From Amoebidium appalachense (taxonomy: Eukaryota; Protista; Ichthyosporea), in NCBI GenBank assembly GCA_963693365.1, contig CAVNZM010000008.1, positions 4,113,810 through 4,177,809 on the forward strand: DNA of 64,000 nucleotides, given 5' to 3'. Positions 1 to 18,962 of this stretch are shown here, one piece after another. The position numbers and the translations under genes were made by a program. The notes beneath the pieces were generated by a model. It ran no database searches. It was not told the origin of the DNA and worked only from the letters and a program-made list of their open reading frames with translations. Each line of letters opens with the position of its first letter. Position 1 is the first letter of the stretch.

Positions 1-256
1 TTTTACAACATCCCTGTTGAATACGGTCTCGTGGGAACTCGGATTTGTTCGTTCGTTGGTTCTGTGAGAAGGGGTGTGATGGTGGTAGGCGTGGGAGGGT
101 TGTCTTCTGTGTGCACTGCTGGCTCCTGTTTCTGTCATTTTACTCGGCTCGACGTTACACTTGGCAGGGGAATGTGTGCATGTGAGCTGCTTTTTTTGGG
201 AGATCGCTTTTCTGGTGCGGATGGGGTAGTGCACGCTAAGGTTTTTTTGCTTGAAA

Positions 257-288
<32 letters not shown>

Positions 289-1473
289 GAGAGATCGAGG
301 GAGTAAGGGAAACGGGGGAGTTGTGGTGAGAGAAGGGGAGAGGATTTTGAAGGAGACAGCTGTGGGTTTTCCAGTGTTCGCTTCATTTTATACACACACA
401 CATGGTCTCTGTTTCGGGTGTTTTCCGGGGGGGGGGGGGGAGGGGGGGCTTTGCGAGAGGGGATGGGTGTGGTGATGATGGACAGATGGTGATCTGGTAA
501 GTTTTGTTGGTGTTTGAAGTGACGTTCAAATGTATGACTACGTTTTTTTTTCTTGGGGGCGGGGGGTTGCTTTTAGTTTGATTCCCTGTAGCCCTGTAGG
601 TTGGGATGGGTTGTGTAGTCGGGGCGTGTGAGTGCATGCATGCGCTTACGATTCCACTAGTTACGTGTGTGAGGGCGAAGAGGAGGGGGAGGGGTAAGCT
701 ATGGATATTTATTCTTTTTTTTGGTGTTGGTGATGGGATGGAGGGGGGTTTAGTCAGGTGTAGCGGGTGATGCGTGCGTGCTTTTGGCCCGATTACACGT
801 GTAGTTTGTTTTTTACACGTCACTAACCCAGACCATCTTGTTTCTGCCTCCTCCTCTTCCTTTTGCTCCCAACACACACACACCTGTCCCTTTTTAACAC
901 CCAACTGCTCAGACTTGTACATCCCACGCGCTACCTTTGCAAATGCACAAACACGATCCACACACACATACATGGCCATACACTGTACTGTACACGTCGA
1001 CACACACACACACATGCGCCATCCTCCACACGCACGCACACACACAACACGCGATACACCAACACTCTCACGTACTCACATACACACAACCTTGAACACA
1101 CACCTGCATTACAAACCTGCAAGCACACCACCCATACACGTCTACGCTACACACATGCCTACCCCTACACAAACACCCACCTATACGTACACTCCCCCCC
1201 CCCTCCCCCTCTCCCTCCTTCTGCGATGGGCTTTGCTTGTGCGGCATACTGTGCCCCTTGCTGATGTTGCAAACTTGCATGGTTGCCTTAGCCTGTATTC
1301 TGCACCGTATTTCTCACCCTGTGCTTTTACTTAATATCGTGTTCTCATTCTAACCTTCCCCTCCCCCCCCCCCCCCCCCCCCCCCACCACCACCACCACC
1401 ACCACCACCGCCCACACACACACACACACCCATACGCATACACATCCACACACACACACGTACATGAAAACAG

Positions 1474-1647
1474 GTGTCCGGTTTCGCCCCGTACGAGCGC
1501 CGCATCATTGAATTGCTGCGTGTGTCCAAGGACAAGCGCGCCCTTAAGCTTGCCAAGAAGCGCCTGGGCACCCACCGCCGCGGCAAGGCCAAGCGCGAGG
1601 AGATGACCAACGTGCTTGCCCAGCAGCGCAAGGCCGGCCACCACTAA
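1474..1647 (+). CDS. RPL36: 60S ribosomal protein L36 (eL36), final exon
   Basis: After acceptor aaacag| it reads [60 protein letters not shown], the conserved C-terminal half of eL36. Upstream exon(s) were not found in 1-1473. Confidence 0.95.
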   Translation: MSGFAPYERRIIELLRVSKDKRALKLAKKRLGTHRRGKAKREEMTNVLAQQRKAGHH

Positions 1648-1941
1648 ATGCAAAAACGCACGTGCACACGTGCTGTGCTTGTGTGTGCTTGAAAAAACAA
1701 GGATGGTGTATGTGTCTGCATGGCGGAAGTTTCGCCTTGTGCATACTCGGAGTTGCTCCCTTCCTTTCTCCCCTCCCCCCCTCCTCCTCCTCCCCATCCC
1801 CCTCCCTCCTAAACCACGCACATGAATTGACACACACACAGACATGCACACATTATGACGCCTGCCCTTTTTGTGTGCTTGCTAAGTCTCCATTGTGTTG
1901 TCCATCGTGATAGCATAACTGGTACCCTGCAACATCATTTA

Positions 1942-1979
<38 letters not shown>

Positions 1980-2433
1980 GCGGCCCCACCACCCGATTTT
2001 GAAGGGGAAAAAATGCATCTGTTTTTGTGTACGTGGTTACAGTGTTTGTCGCGCACACTCGGTACGTTTCTTGTGTTGCCAAATCCGCGTATATAATTTG
2101 CTCACCTGTCCCTCCCTCTCACATTATTTTTACTAGTTGTTGTCATGCTTGCCTTCCGTGGCCAAATCCATCATGACCGACCTGCATTTTGTTCACTCTC
2201 AAAACTACCCCCCCCCCCCCCCCCTCTTACCCCGAACTCGAGAGCTAATTCTAGTCGGTGAGTCACTCTCCAATGGGTGAGAGTGAGCTTGCTACGAGAG
2301 AGAAAATTCTGGTAGAGAGAGGGACAAAGCTATTATTACAGTGGAGAGAAAGAACCCTGGAGAAAGAGAGGGAAATCCCACTATCACCTGAACCCCTGGG
2401 GGGGGGGGGCTACCACCTACTGAGGCGGTGTCT

Positions 2434-2469
<36 letters not shown>

Positions 2470-3012
2470 GGCCGCCTGAGTAGATGTTAAAACGTCGCAC
2501 GTGCGGCAACACGTCAGTACGTGTTAGGGGGGGGGGATGAAAGGGGACTTGAAGAGAGAGAGCCTACAAAAAAAAGAGATGTTTGGAAAGAGAGAGAGAG
2601 TCAGATGAGAAGTGATTAGATAAGAAAATAAAAATATAGAAGAAAGGGAAGAGTGTGGAAAAAAAAAGAAAAGGGAAAGGCAAAGAAAAAGAAAAAAATT
2701 ATTGCCTGCCCCTCACAGTGCTGATCACGTTTGCCAATCATAATCGTCCACTCTATCCTTATATGGCTATCAACAGTCCTAAAAAGGCAAAAAAAATGTT
2801 TTTGTGAGAACGGCGCCAAAACAAAACCAACCAAAACAGAGCTCGAGCTTGAAGTGTTCTCAGTCAAGCCCTTTACGAGGGCCTGTTGTCATTTACTGAA
2901 TTCGAACCGAAAACTAAGAAAAATCATCGCTTGAGGCTTTTGTACAGCATTCTAGCCCGCACACACTCACATATACATACTAAGCTACGCGTGTTGATCA
3001 AAACATGCAGTC

Positions 3013-3201
3013 ATGAGTTCAAGCCCCACGCTTCAGGCAAAGCAATCGCACAATCTTCCCCCATCCAGCTTGTGTGGGGTCATTCAACGCAATCCTGTGC
3101 TGGACGCTTTTGTAAACGTATTGGTGTTTGTGCTTTTTGTGCTTCTCCCTTTTACGCTCTTGTACAAGGCCTTGTACTTCCTGGGAGTTTTTTTTGCCTG
3201 A
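3013..3201 (+). CDS. possible small membrane protein (62 aa)
   Basis: ATG-initiated ORF in non-repetitive DNA with a hydrophobic C-terminal half (FVNVLVFVLFVLLPFTLLYKALYFLGVFFA). No recognised homology. Confidence 0.25.
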   Translation: MSSSPTLQAKQSHNLPPSSLCGVIQRNPVLDAFVNVLVFVLFVLLPFTLLYKALYFLGVFFA

Positions 3202-3877
3202 CTTCAGATAAGTTGTCGGATCTCGGCCTGTCACATGAACACTGAATCGGTGCTCGTGATCGAATTTTCTGATTAGCAAAAGTCTTATATTCTTATGCAA
3301 ACTTACTAACCTCCTTAAAGCTACTGTCGGCTCAGTCACCCACACCACTATTGACATACGTTATCTTAGTTTTGAGCCCATGTACACCATGTCGGCGGAT
3401 TGTTCCTTTGCCGGGATCCCGGCAGCCATCTCCAAACTAACTTTGAGGTCGGGTGTCCGTCAGGTAATTGGTCTTTCCCCGAGCCCCACCCCAATCCCTC
3501 CCACCGGCTTCCCCTTCCTGCTATTCCAAAGTCAAATCTTTTCACATGCCTCTCCACACTTCAGACACATTTCAATGTCCTTCGCAATGGCTTCAACCTC
3601 CCAAGACCACCCGTAATAATCATTGGTCAGATACCATTTAGCCTGCTGGCAAAACCATCTACAAGCGAACACAAATGTTCTCATGTGCCCTTCCCGGACA
3701 AAAATTCTCTCCGTCCCCCGGCCCCCCCTCCCCCCCCCCCCTCCCCCCCCCCCCCCCCCCCCCCCTCCTTCGACCTGAGGATGGGTTCTGCTATTATGCA
3801 TACCCCTTCAAACGGTATACTGCACTTTGAATTACGTGTCCGTCATGAATGCCGCAATACACATTTGCTCTTCCCCT

Positions 3878-3912
<35 letters not shown>

Positions 3913-4065
3913 CCCCCCCTTCCTCCGGAGCCCCCCTCCCCTTTCAGCTATTCTGCATTAATTGCACTTAATATTGTTTTCCATCCTAACTGTCTTGACA
4001 TAACTTGTTCAGTTGAGCACACAAACATATGCATGCACGCACACGCTCGTGCGCACGCGCGCGCG

Positions 4066-4131
<66 letters not shown>

Positions 4132-4413
4132 TGCTTGCCCCCCTCCCCACCCTCCCCCTCCCCGCCCACCTAAAAAAAAAAAAAAGAGAGAGAGAGACGA
4201 AGTCCAAAATTGTCAGCAGATGCATTCCTTCCATAAATAAGAGTAGCTCCGGCTTTCTTGCACTTTCTCATCGCAAACCTCTGCACCAACACAAGTTACG
4301 TCGTGGTAATCAACCCCAATCTTCGTCTTTTAACCTGCAAACGTAACATTACGCCGTCTTCAACCACAAATATTCCGCCTCCTACCATGAATCTAAACCT
4401 TTAATCCTTTTCA

Positions 4414-8687
<4,274 letters not shown>

Positions 8688-8750
8688 TTTGGTTTTAAGG
8701 CCGACCTAATTGGGTCTATATTAGGAAATATCGGTCCAACGTGTGGAATA

Positions 8751-8882
8751 CAGGGTGGGAGTTTAAGTTCATGAACCCCAGCGACCATATTAGGGCAATA
8801 GATTGGCTCAAGGATGTGGGCCTGCACGACGTATTTGCCGATTGATTTGGTTTTAAGGCCTTCGTGGTTGGGTCTATATTAG
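8751..8882 (+). repeat. tandem partial duplicate of the GST 3' end
   Basis: Repeats ~8592-8724 (cagggtggg...gattggctcaaggatgtgggcctgcacgacgtatttgccgattgatttggttttaaggcc). Mismatches cluster at the ends of the copy. Confidence 0.8.
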
Positions 8883-9257
8883 AATGTGGACGAATCTCAA
8901 TTCCGACCTTTGAAGGAGGGGGGGGGGGGGGATATGGGTAAGGTAGGTAAGGGTTTAAACTCTATTTATTGCCGGTTATGAAAGTTCAGTGATTGTGGTA
9001 GAAAAGGCAGTATACTGGCTGATTGCCCCGTTGAACTTGGTGAACCAATGTAAATATACTTGTATATATATGGAGAAAATTCATTTTGATTGATTACGTA
9101 GATAGTTGCCGTACACGTAATCCGTCCATTCAGCTTTGGCGTTCATATGTTTCACATAATTATGTCAGTGGAAGAGTTTTCGTAATCCGTCCATTCAGCT
9201 TTGGCGTTGGTATGTGTTTCACATAATTATGTCAATGAAAGAGTTTTTGGGTGTGAC

Positions 9258-9344
<87 letters not shown>

Positions 9345-9702
9345 AGGGGGGGGAAGAGAGGGGGGGGGGGGGGGTTGATACACATACTCAAACACCGCCT
9401 GAACCTATAGTTCTTGAGGTACACATATACCATTAATAAAAATACCGTACCGTCATTTGCAACGCTTTGAATTAATTAAATTTATTGGGCATCAAGCCAC
9501 GTACAAACATTGATTAAAACATTAAAGTTTTAAAGGCCATGCCAGTGGCCACCAATAGCTGCATCATGAACCTGACTGTTTTGCCCCTATGAACTCAAAC
9601 CTTCCCAAGCCTCCCCCCCCGCCCAGCCTCCCCAACAACAACACACACACCCAAACACGGGCACGGCACAAAAACCCACACAGGTACACACGTGCATGCG
9701 CG

Positions 9703-9751
<49 letters not shown>

Positions 9752-10297
9752 ACACATAATAAACGTTAGCAAATCATCAATGGCTAGCAATTTTAGTAAT
9801 GGACCCCCCCCCCCCCCCTGAGTGATTCTTAATTCTTCCTTAATTCATGCATCCGTCTATTGGATTTGTGGATTCTTAGCTCTAAAAAATCTTGTATATC
9901 TATATTTGACTTTCTGTACCATGTCTGCAGACTAAAATCTTGTATTTAAGCAATACGTTTATACCTACTTCTTTTTTTTATTATCTTTTCTATTCAAGCA
10001 GGCATCAGTTACCCTAAATATCAACCTTTCAAAGGATTCCATTATGCCGCGTACCCCCAGCGGCGTATATATTTTCTATTTAAAATTATATCAGCCATCC
10101 GATTGGGCACACTGGATTTCCTGGCCTCCATCCAACCAATCAGATCGTCGCGCTCACAAACACAACTGCAGGCCCATGGCCCATAAGAGATTTGCTGGTA
10201 TGCCGGTCGCATTCCATAAGCATTCCTAGCATTCCGATAGTTTTTCTCGGAGCCAGGAAACAGGAACAATGCCCATGCCCAGTTTGTGTCAGTGGAA

Positions 10298-10903
10298 TCA
10301 CGTGGTCTGCCAGTGGTCGGCGCTGGCCAATAGTTCGACCACAGTCTTTCCGGAATCATCTCGAACAAACTTGCTCAAGCAGCAGTAGGGCGCCTGCACG
10401 TGTTTTACATGTGTGTATGTGCACGTGGGTGCATGTGTGGGTGCGTGTGTGGGTATGTATGTGTGTGTGTTTGGGGGGGGGGGGGGGGGGGGGGGGGGGA
10501 CGGAGGAGTGGAGGAGGGGTTGGATGGGTGGGTGATTTGGGGGGAAAGGGGAACGATGATCGACCTGGGAGGGTTAGGTGAGTGAGTGTGTGTGTTCCGT
10601 GTATCCTAAGATGTATTGGGTTGGAAGAATGGAGTTAATGGAACGGAGTGAGGGTAAAGATGAGAGTGTTAAAAAAAAAAAAAAAAAAAAAAACGGGGGG
10701 GAGGGGGGGGACAAAAGATATAGGGCACACAACCTTGCACTACCACAGCCACATGCGCGTGCGCGGGCATACACCCACCCACCCACACCCACCAACACCC
10801 ACCCACCCACACAGGCATACACATAAACAGAGTGAGACAGCTCTATCTCAACGCCTAGATATCAGTAGAGAGACGTGCGTGTGTTCGTGTGTGTGTGTGG
10901 CGC

Positions 10904-10937
<34 letters not shown>

Positions 10938-10994
10938 ATGTGTCACAGAGTACAACGTTCGTGTGCATGTGAGTGTGTATGTGTGCGTGTGCTC

Positions 10995-11031
<37 letters not shown>

Positions 11032-11151
11032 ATATGTGTTATAGAGTACGAGTTCACATTCACGACTGACAACACCATGCAGAGTCTTCAACAAAGAAAA
11101 CACCTAAAATATAGGAATATACTACTATGGCATAGGTGTGTGTGTGTGTAT

Positions 11152-11205
<54 letters not shown>

Positions 11206-11680
11206 ATTTACCTCGACCAGAATTGTGTCTGGCTCAAACACGTGGGAGACAAACTGGATGGCATAGCCATGAGTCACAAGAAGAATGTTGCCTACGGGCA
11301 GGCCGGCAACCTCCGTGCCGTCACTGTGAACGTGTACGTGTGTATGTGTGTGTATGTGTGTACGTGTGTGTACGTGTGTGTACGTGTGTGTACGTGTGTG
11401 TACGTGTGTGTAGGTGTTGGTGTGTGTTCGTGAGTGTGGTTTGTGTGTGTGTGTACGTGTATGTTTGCGTGTGTGTGTACGTGTATGTGTGTGTGAGTGC
11501 GGGTGGGTTTGTGGATTTGTGCATCTGTGTACGTGTGATGGTGTGTACGTGTGTGTACGTGTGTGTGTGAAAGTGTGCAAACGTGTGCGTGTGGAAAGGT
11601 GAGGAGGGGAGGAGGAAGGAAGAGGACAGTGGTGTGTTTTAGCTTGTGTACCCTTTTTTTTCTTTCTTTTTTTTTTTTTT

Positions 11681-11711
<31 letters not shown>

Positions 11712-11877
11712 GAGGGGAGTGAGGGGGCAAACGGGAGAGAATGGCAAATGCTATGGCATGTGTGAAAGTTTGAAAATGTAGGTGATTGAAACAGAAGGAA
11801 CGGCAAGGAGGGTGGAGGTGAGGTGGGGGGGGGGGGGGGGGGGGGGTAGAATGAGAAGGAAAGAAGCGTGTGAGCCT

Positions 11878-11927
<50 letters not shown>

Positions 11928-12500
11928 CTGTGTGTGTGCCAGACCGGTGCATGCGGAAGAGTTGGGATACGTCAAATTAGCTGTGCCTATCTGCACAAGA
12001 TACGCCTGCCCTCCCTCCCTCTCTCTCCTTTTCTTTCTCTCTCTCTCTATATTCCCAGGGCTCTCCCACCCCTCTCCCCCACACCACCACCAAACCACCC
12101 ACCAACTCCCTCTCCAAGCTCTCTCCTCCCACGCTCTTTTCTCTTCCTCTTCTCCCCCCCCCTCCCCTTCCGCGCTCCATCTCTTCTCTTCCCCCACACA
12201 CATAGATTTTCGCTCTTCTATGTCTGTCTCGCTCTCTCTATCTCTTCCGTTCCCACTTTCTCTAGTCTCTCAATGTCACACGCCCTCGTTTCCATCCTTC
12301 CCCCCCCCCCCCCCCCCCCCCCCCACACACACACACATGCACAAGGCTCTTCTACCTCTTCCTTTTTCTCTTCCCTTGCGAAACCCGCTATCTCCACTAC
12401 CCACAACAACCAAAGGAAGTGCAAGAGTAAAAACGGTGTCAATAATGCTTCTTCGGCTCTAACCCATTTTGGGCCTCTCTCTCTCTCTCCCTCTCTCTCT

Positions 12501-12547
<47 letters not shown>

Positions 12548-13050
12548 TCTCTCTCTCTCTCTTCCTCCCCAACCCCCCTTCTCTCTCTGTGTGTGTGTGT
12601 CTGCGCATGTGCGCGTACGTGCGCGCTTGCATGTGCGTAGTGGCCGAGTGTGCATACGAAGGTTTGTTCATGCAGGTGAAGGGGCGGAGGGGGGGGGGGG
12701 GGGGAGGGGGGAGGGGGGATGCCTACCAGCCAATTTCCATTAGTTGCCTGCCGACATGCAAATACCTTTCAATCATCTGATCTGGCTGCAAAACAAAACA
12801 AGAACAAAAATCACACAGGCGCGGGGGAAGGGGGGCATTTAAAGTTAGTTTGCTAATTCACATGCACGAATGCATGCACTCACACGCTCCCCTCAGAGAC
12901 ATCTATTCACACTCATTTTTTCCCCCTGAGCTTACACTCCATACGGAAGCAGGCCAACCATACAGTGTCCGGTGTTTACCCCCCCCCCCCCCTCTCCCCC
13001 TCCCCCCTCCACACACACACACCCCCCCCCCCCCCCCCCCACACACACAC

Positions 13051-13103
<53 letters not shown>

Positions 13104-13338
13104 ACACCCACCCACTCACTACTGATCAACCCCGTCACCCGCCCGCCACCCTGCCCACCGACTGGGTTGTGTGTGTGTTTTTGTGTCTTTATTTTTCCCT
13201 TCTCTTTCACTTCCAAGAATGTACTGTTATCTGCCAACGATTGCCAGCCAAGATTACATTACATGCTCAACGAAACATATGCATGCTGTCATAAATCCTC
13301 GGTGAGAGAAGGGAGAGAGCAGGGTTGTGGGTGGGTGT

Positions 13339-13372
<34 letters not shown>

Positions 13373-13774
13373 GAAGCCCAGGGCACAATGTCCTCTCTCT
13401 CTCTCTCTCTTCTCTGTGTGTGTGTGTGTGTGTCTGTGTGTGTGTGCGTGTGTGTGTCCCGACTCCCCCCCCCCCTCCTCCTTCTCTTTCGCTCCCTCTC
13501 CCTCTCCCCCTCCCCCCTTCTCTCTCTCTCTGTGTGTATGTGTGTGTGTGTGTGTGTGCCACTCCCCCTCCCCCTCCCCCTCCCCTCTCTCCCTCTCTCT
13601 CTCTGTCCCTCCCCCCCCCCCCCCCCCCCCCCCCCGCGGAAAACTGCCTGTTTGTCTCTTTGTATATCGTGTTATTGTTATTGGGCGTGTGTCTGGAGCT
13701 GTCAAAGTGGGAGATGCAGCGAGGTGTGTGTGTGAGTGGGTGATTGGTGAGAGTGTGTGTGCGTTGTTGTGTGG

Positions 13775-13807
<33 letters not shown>

Positions 13808-14078
13808 TGCGTGTGTGTGTGATGTGTGTATGTGCATGCACCTGTGTGTGTGTGGGTGTGTGGTGGTGGTTGGGAGAGACGGGTGGGTGGGTGGGTGGGT
13901 GGGGGGGGGGGGGGGGGGAGGTGTATTACTGATTCTGGATATCTGGGCTTAACTATAGACGTGTAATTTGAATCAAGAGTGGGTGCCAGCTTACGCATAT
14001 CTCCCAGGGCGAGATAGTCTGGTTGTCCACGGAACCAGTTGGGCGCTAGAAATTCCGTTAGGCCCTCTTCCACTACAA

Positions 14079-14139
<61 letters not shown>

Positions 14140-14153
14140 TTGGGCATCCTCGT

Positions 14154-14187
<34 letters not shown>

Positions 14188-14798
14188 GCTTCTGGTCAAC
14201 CGTTGCCTTGAAAAGCACGCTTTTCGTTCTAGAAAAACGTTGAATAATGCGGTCTGGAGTGTTTGCCAAGGGGAAGGAGGGGATGGTGATGGTGGTGGGG
14301 GAGGGGGGAGGTGGGGCTGGGGTGGGGTGGGGGTGGGGGAGGGGGGGGGGGGGGGGGTAGATTCACAAAGTGACAACATGTGTAAGTCGTTTTGGTCGCA
14401 TTGCCGTTAATCTTTTCTCAAAAAGCATGCTTTCCTCACGATACAATATGCCTCTTCCTTTATGCTTTATCAGAGAAGAGGTGGTTATTGCCAATCTGTC
14501 TTCCACCCCCTCCCCCCCCCCCCTCCAACCACCACCACCACCACCACTACCACCACCCTCCCCCACCCCCTACCCGCACCCTTCCCCCCCCGGCAGTCCC
14601 TTTAGTGTAGGTGACCTATTACACCCCCCTCCCACTCCCACTAGTTACTGTTTCGTTTGAATAGATTAAGACGATAATTGATTTTAACACACAGCCCATT
14701 CCCCCCCCCACCCGCCTCCCCAGCTCCCCATTTACTCACTTCTGCCAACCGAAAGGGGTCTCCTTCCCTCTTAGACAACCTCCACTAAATCCCATCCC

Positions 14799-14863
<65 letters not shown>

Positions 14864-16183
14864 GAAAATAAGGAAAAAACTACCACCACTACGTTACCAC
14901 TACCACCACGGCAACAAAAACACACACACACGCACTCATAAAATTATGAAGTTCTTTTCACCCATTTAGCCCAAACCCCTTCTCCCCCCTCCCCACCTTC
15001 AAGATAACCCATCCCTCATCCCCCCACTCCACACCCGTCCAACCCATCCCCACCTGCCCCCCCCCCCCCCTCCCCCCCAAAAAAAAACAAAAAACAAAAA
15101 AAAACTGCAGGAGGTGGAGGAAGAGCAACAGCCATAGCCACCCCTGTTGGGGGAAGCCAGGGGGGGGGGGGGGGGGGGGGGGGAAGGGGGGGCATACAGG
15201 CACATTAAGAACACTTGCAACCCCGGCGGCAGTCTCCAAACACCGGGTAAACGGGGAGCAGAATATGTGTGTTATGCCCTGCCCTGAAAGAAAAGCCCCT
15301 GTTTTTCTGGCCTGCTCCTTTCCTGTTTCCGTTAATGGCGGATCCCTGCAGTGATTAAGCAAACGTGCACAAGATTACTTATTGATGATCATAGGCATGG
15401 ATGGCGGATAACGAGAAAGAACTGGAGAGAGGTAACAGGGAACGTATATCGGAAACAGTTCACCGAGACGATCTGAGGAGAGTTTTTTGAAGATTGTAAA
15501 GCTGGCGAAAGACAAAAGAGAGAGCAGTGGGAGCTGAAACCTTGGAACCAACCAACTGCAGGGGTGGTCATGGCGGTGCGAGATTCGGAAGAGGTTAATA
15601 CACTTTTCATAGTACTTGCTTTATGTTCAGCCCTCATAGCGATACATGCTCACTATACAAACATAAAGGTGAGATCAGGCCTCCGTATGTATTTGGGACC
15701 TAAACATGGAGCATAAAGCAACTGATCCAAATATGAAGATGCATTGATAATAACCCTTGTCGCGAAGATGGTAAACAACCACGCAATTAATGTTTTGTGT
15801 CGAGAAGACCCAGATGTTAAACACATGCAGAAATGCACATGCATGGCCCGATGCAAGTGTTGGCATATTGTGTGTGCATGTGTGTGTGTGGGTGTGTGTG
15901 GGTGTGTGCGTATGCGTGTGCGTGTATGCGCCTGCTTCTGTGGTGAAGACTGAGCCTGATGCGGGGAGAGATATTTTTGGAACGGAGGGAGTCAAACTGC
16001 GAATAAAACATCACCAAAAAAAGGAATGAAAGCCACAGTTAACCTGTAGACCATGGTTCACGAAAAACGTAGATCCCCAGTGTTCACTCACCATGGTCTG
16101 GGAGCAGTCTCCTCCCAACCCGGCTGTGCTAAATCTGCTCTTTCCCCGTGCCTTAGGGTGAACATAGTTCTTGCATGTGGCAT
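10298..16183 (-). CDS. histidine phosphatase / phosphoglycerate mutase family protein, 6 exons, 218 aa
   Basis: Exons 16183-16092, 15345-15198, 14079-13930, 12785-12727, 11323-11212 and 10393-10298 splice in frame. Motifs: [39 protein letters not shown]. Confidence 0.93.
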
Positions 16184-18962
16184 TGTGGCTTGTTTGTACG
16201 GTAAATACGTTTGTTTGTTGGTGTGCAAAGTTATTAGTGCAGAGATGTTTTTTCTTGGCTCACCACAGAAGTGTGCAAATAGATGAATACTTATCCGGCG
16301 AGCTTTCTGCTGCTAAATTTTGTTTGTTATTATCTGATACTCCAAATGACTATAATGTATTTCTGCTCCTTTTTGTTCAACCAGCATACATTATCACTCG
16401 ACAACGGATCGAGATTTGTGGAGACCTAAGAAGTGATTTTACTATGAAATGTACCAAAAAGAAATAGGGACCTTTCGAGACCTTTCGGCAATTCAATTAT
16501 ATCAGTAATCCTAACAGCATCACTAACCATACTACACATAGTGCAATTTGCGTACATGTATATATATAGCATGCGACATTAATCTCTATAACATCATGGG
16601 AGTAATTACAGCGAAACACCGTTCGTAATGAAAATAGAGTTCGTAATTCTAACCAACGACCGGAGCCGTTGGACGATGTCGGTAAACGGAGGTAACGGTC
16701 ACAAAAACCCGGCTATACGTGTTCCATGATATACGCCTTTCTATAATTTTGTTAAATCTATATCTAACTTTAAAAGTCTATACTTCCATATTGATTTGTT
16801 TATTTATCTTTTGACAATAGAGTGCATTCGCCGCTTTTCACACTAGCAGCCAGTACACAGCATCCAACTTGCGAGCTCAATCTCTCTATAGCTGTCTGGC
16901 TCCTTTCTTTCTCTACCCCTCCCCTCCCCCTTCTCTCCCTTCTCGTGTACACTGTACCCGTTTTTAGCTGGTTACTTTCAACGAAACTGCAACACCCTAA
17001 CAACGTGGCCACAAGATATCTTATGGGATCTTTGTACATAGATGGTTGACATGCGATGCCCTTTTCGTGAAACCAATCAATTCCATCCACCCTCTCCTCC
17101 ACCTTCCCCCCCTCCCCCCTCCACCCCTTCTCCCACTATCTCTCAGCTCTTTATTCTCGCACTATCACCGCCCTCTCCACTTCTCTACCCCCTCCCCTCT
17201 CCCCCTCTCCCCACCCCCTCTACCCCCTCCACCCCCTCGACCCCATTTATTCATACGCCAGCGAACCTCATTAGAAAACATTGATCCCCCTTTCAGTAGT
17301 TTACTGCTGCGTAAGTCGAGGTTTTGCCTTCCATGTTGACTAAACACCAGTGTGTATACATAGACGATCGAAAAACCACTTATTTACATGCTTCTCAACG
17401 GGTTCCTCACGACTACTTGAGACACATTACACAGAACAATACTGTATAGGAAAACACTCATTTCAACAGCCATTTACTCCTCAAATTGCTCTGCACATCT
17501 ACCTCACACTTCCTACCTCCCAGAGCCACCAATACAGGTTTATGGTTTTTTCGCATTATACCACAAATACTCGCACTGCGTATACACACAGCAAGAACAC
17601 ACAGACAACAAACACACGCATACGCGCACACACACACACACGAAACACACACGCACACACTCGCTCACGCCCCTCCCACATCCCACTCTTCAAGATCCTC
17701 AACTTTGCGCCCCAGTTGCTGGTTGCCGATCGTGGGTAGCTCCTCCTCCTTCTTGGTGTCTGCTGATGCCATGTCACGTTCAACGAATTCCTTGTTAGTT
17801 GAGTGAATAAACATCTTGACGGGTCGAGTTTATATGTGTGTTTCAACTATGTCTTTGGGAAGGCTGGGCTAGAGCGTGCCCCCCCCCCCCCCCCCCCCCC
17901 CCCTCCCCCCTCTCTCCCGTACCCTCCTCTTGCTCCTCCTAGGCGTTATTCTCCTCTACCTTTCCACTCACATTGCCGCCGCAGATCTAGCTTGAATTAA
18001 TTACGACTGACATTCCCCAGCGTTTCCTTACGCATCAACCATTAGAAGCTTCAAGGTCAAAGCTCTTTCAATCAGCTGTCAAAACTCTCTCTCGTTCTCC
18101 TTACATGCCTATTCTTGTATCAAGCTCGCGCGAACGCATGGATCACCACATATGCATGCGCCTGAACTCATGGTTCATACGTACCTGAAATAGACGTGGG
18201 CCTCTTTGCGTTTGTGCTTGTGTCTTCATCTTCCACCTTCTTTTGTGTGCGCAGGTCTTTTTCTTGCTCACCAGGTTGCTTCTCAGGTGAATCCATAACG
18301 CCAATATATATAATTATGGTCTTAGCGTACTGGCTTGTATTCTGTGAAACATGCAGGGCCTTCACTGCGTACCCGAAGATTTGCGGATGTTCTAGTTTTT
18401 TTTTGAAGTTTAGCTACGGAGAGCACGGGTGAAAATACTAATAATATGAGTTTGTGTATTCCAGTTGAACCCAAGGGCTCCAGCCCGGGAAAAAAAAAAA
18501 AAGGAAAAAAAGATGAAATTCGGAAGCAAGATTCAGGTAGCCCTACGTGTAGATCCTACGTGTGCGTACTTGTACTTGACAGCCGGAACTGGATTTCCGT
18601 GTTCTACCTTTGCCGCTTTGCACCCTTCGAGACTAGCTGTATTTGGTCATAAGAACGCTGATTTGATAGGCGAGCGTGTGAGCCAGTAGATTGCGCAAAC
18701 ACTTGTGACCTGAGCACGAAAAAACACGTGTCAAAACGAGCTGCCAGAACCAAAAAAAAAAAAAAAACAAGAAAAAAAAAAACAACCACATCTGAACTCA
18801 CCACCCTCCTTATCCCCCACCTGAAATGTGATTCCCCTGGAGTTTGTTTTTCTCACAACGCTGTTCGACTTACTTTTACTTGCACTCCCGTTGGCTTTGC
18901 CTTCGTTTTCTCGCTCCAGAGCCTTTGTTTTTGTTACTTATTTTCGGTGCAAACTTTGGTTT

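Noticed and set aside
16960-18300. Minus-strand exon-like blocks (MDSPEKQPGE..., EFVERDMASAD...)
   Set aside because: Splice sites exist, but the protein-like frames could not be joined without stops and no homology was recognised.
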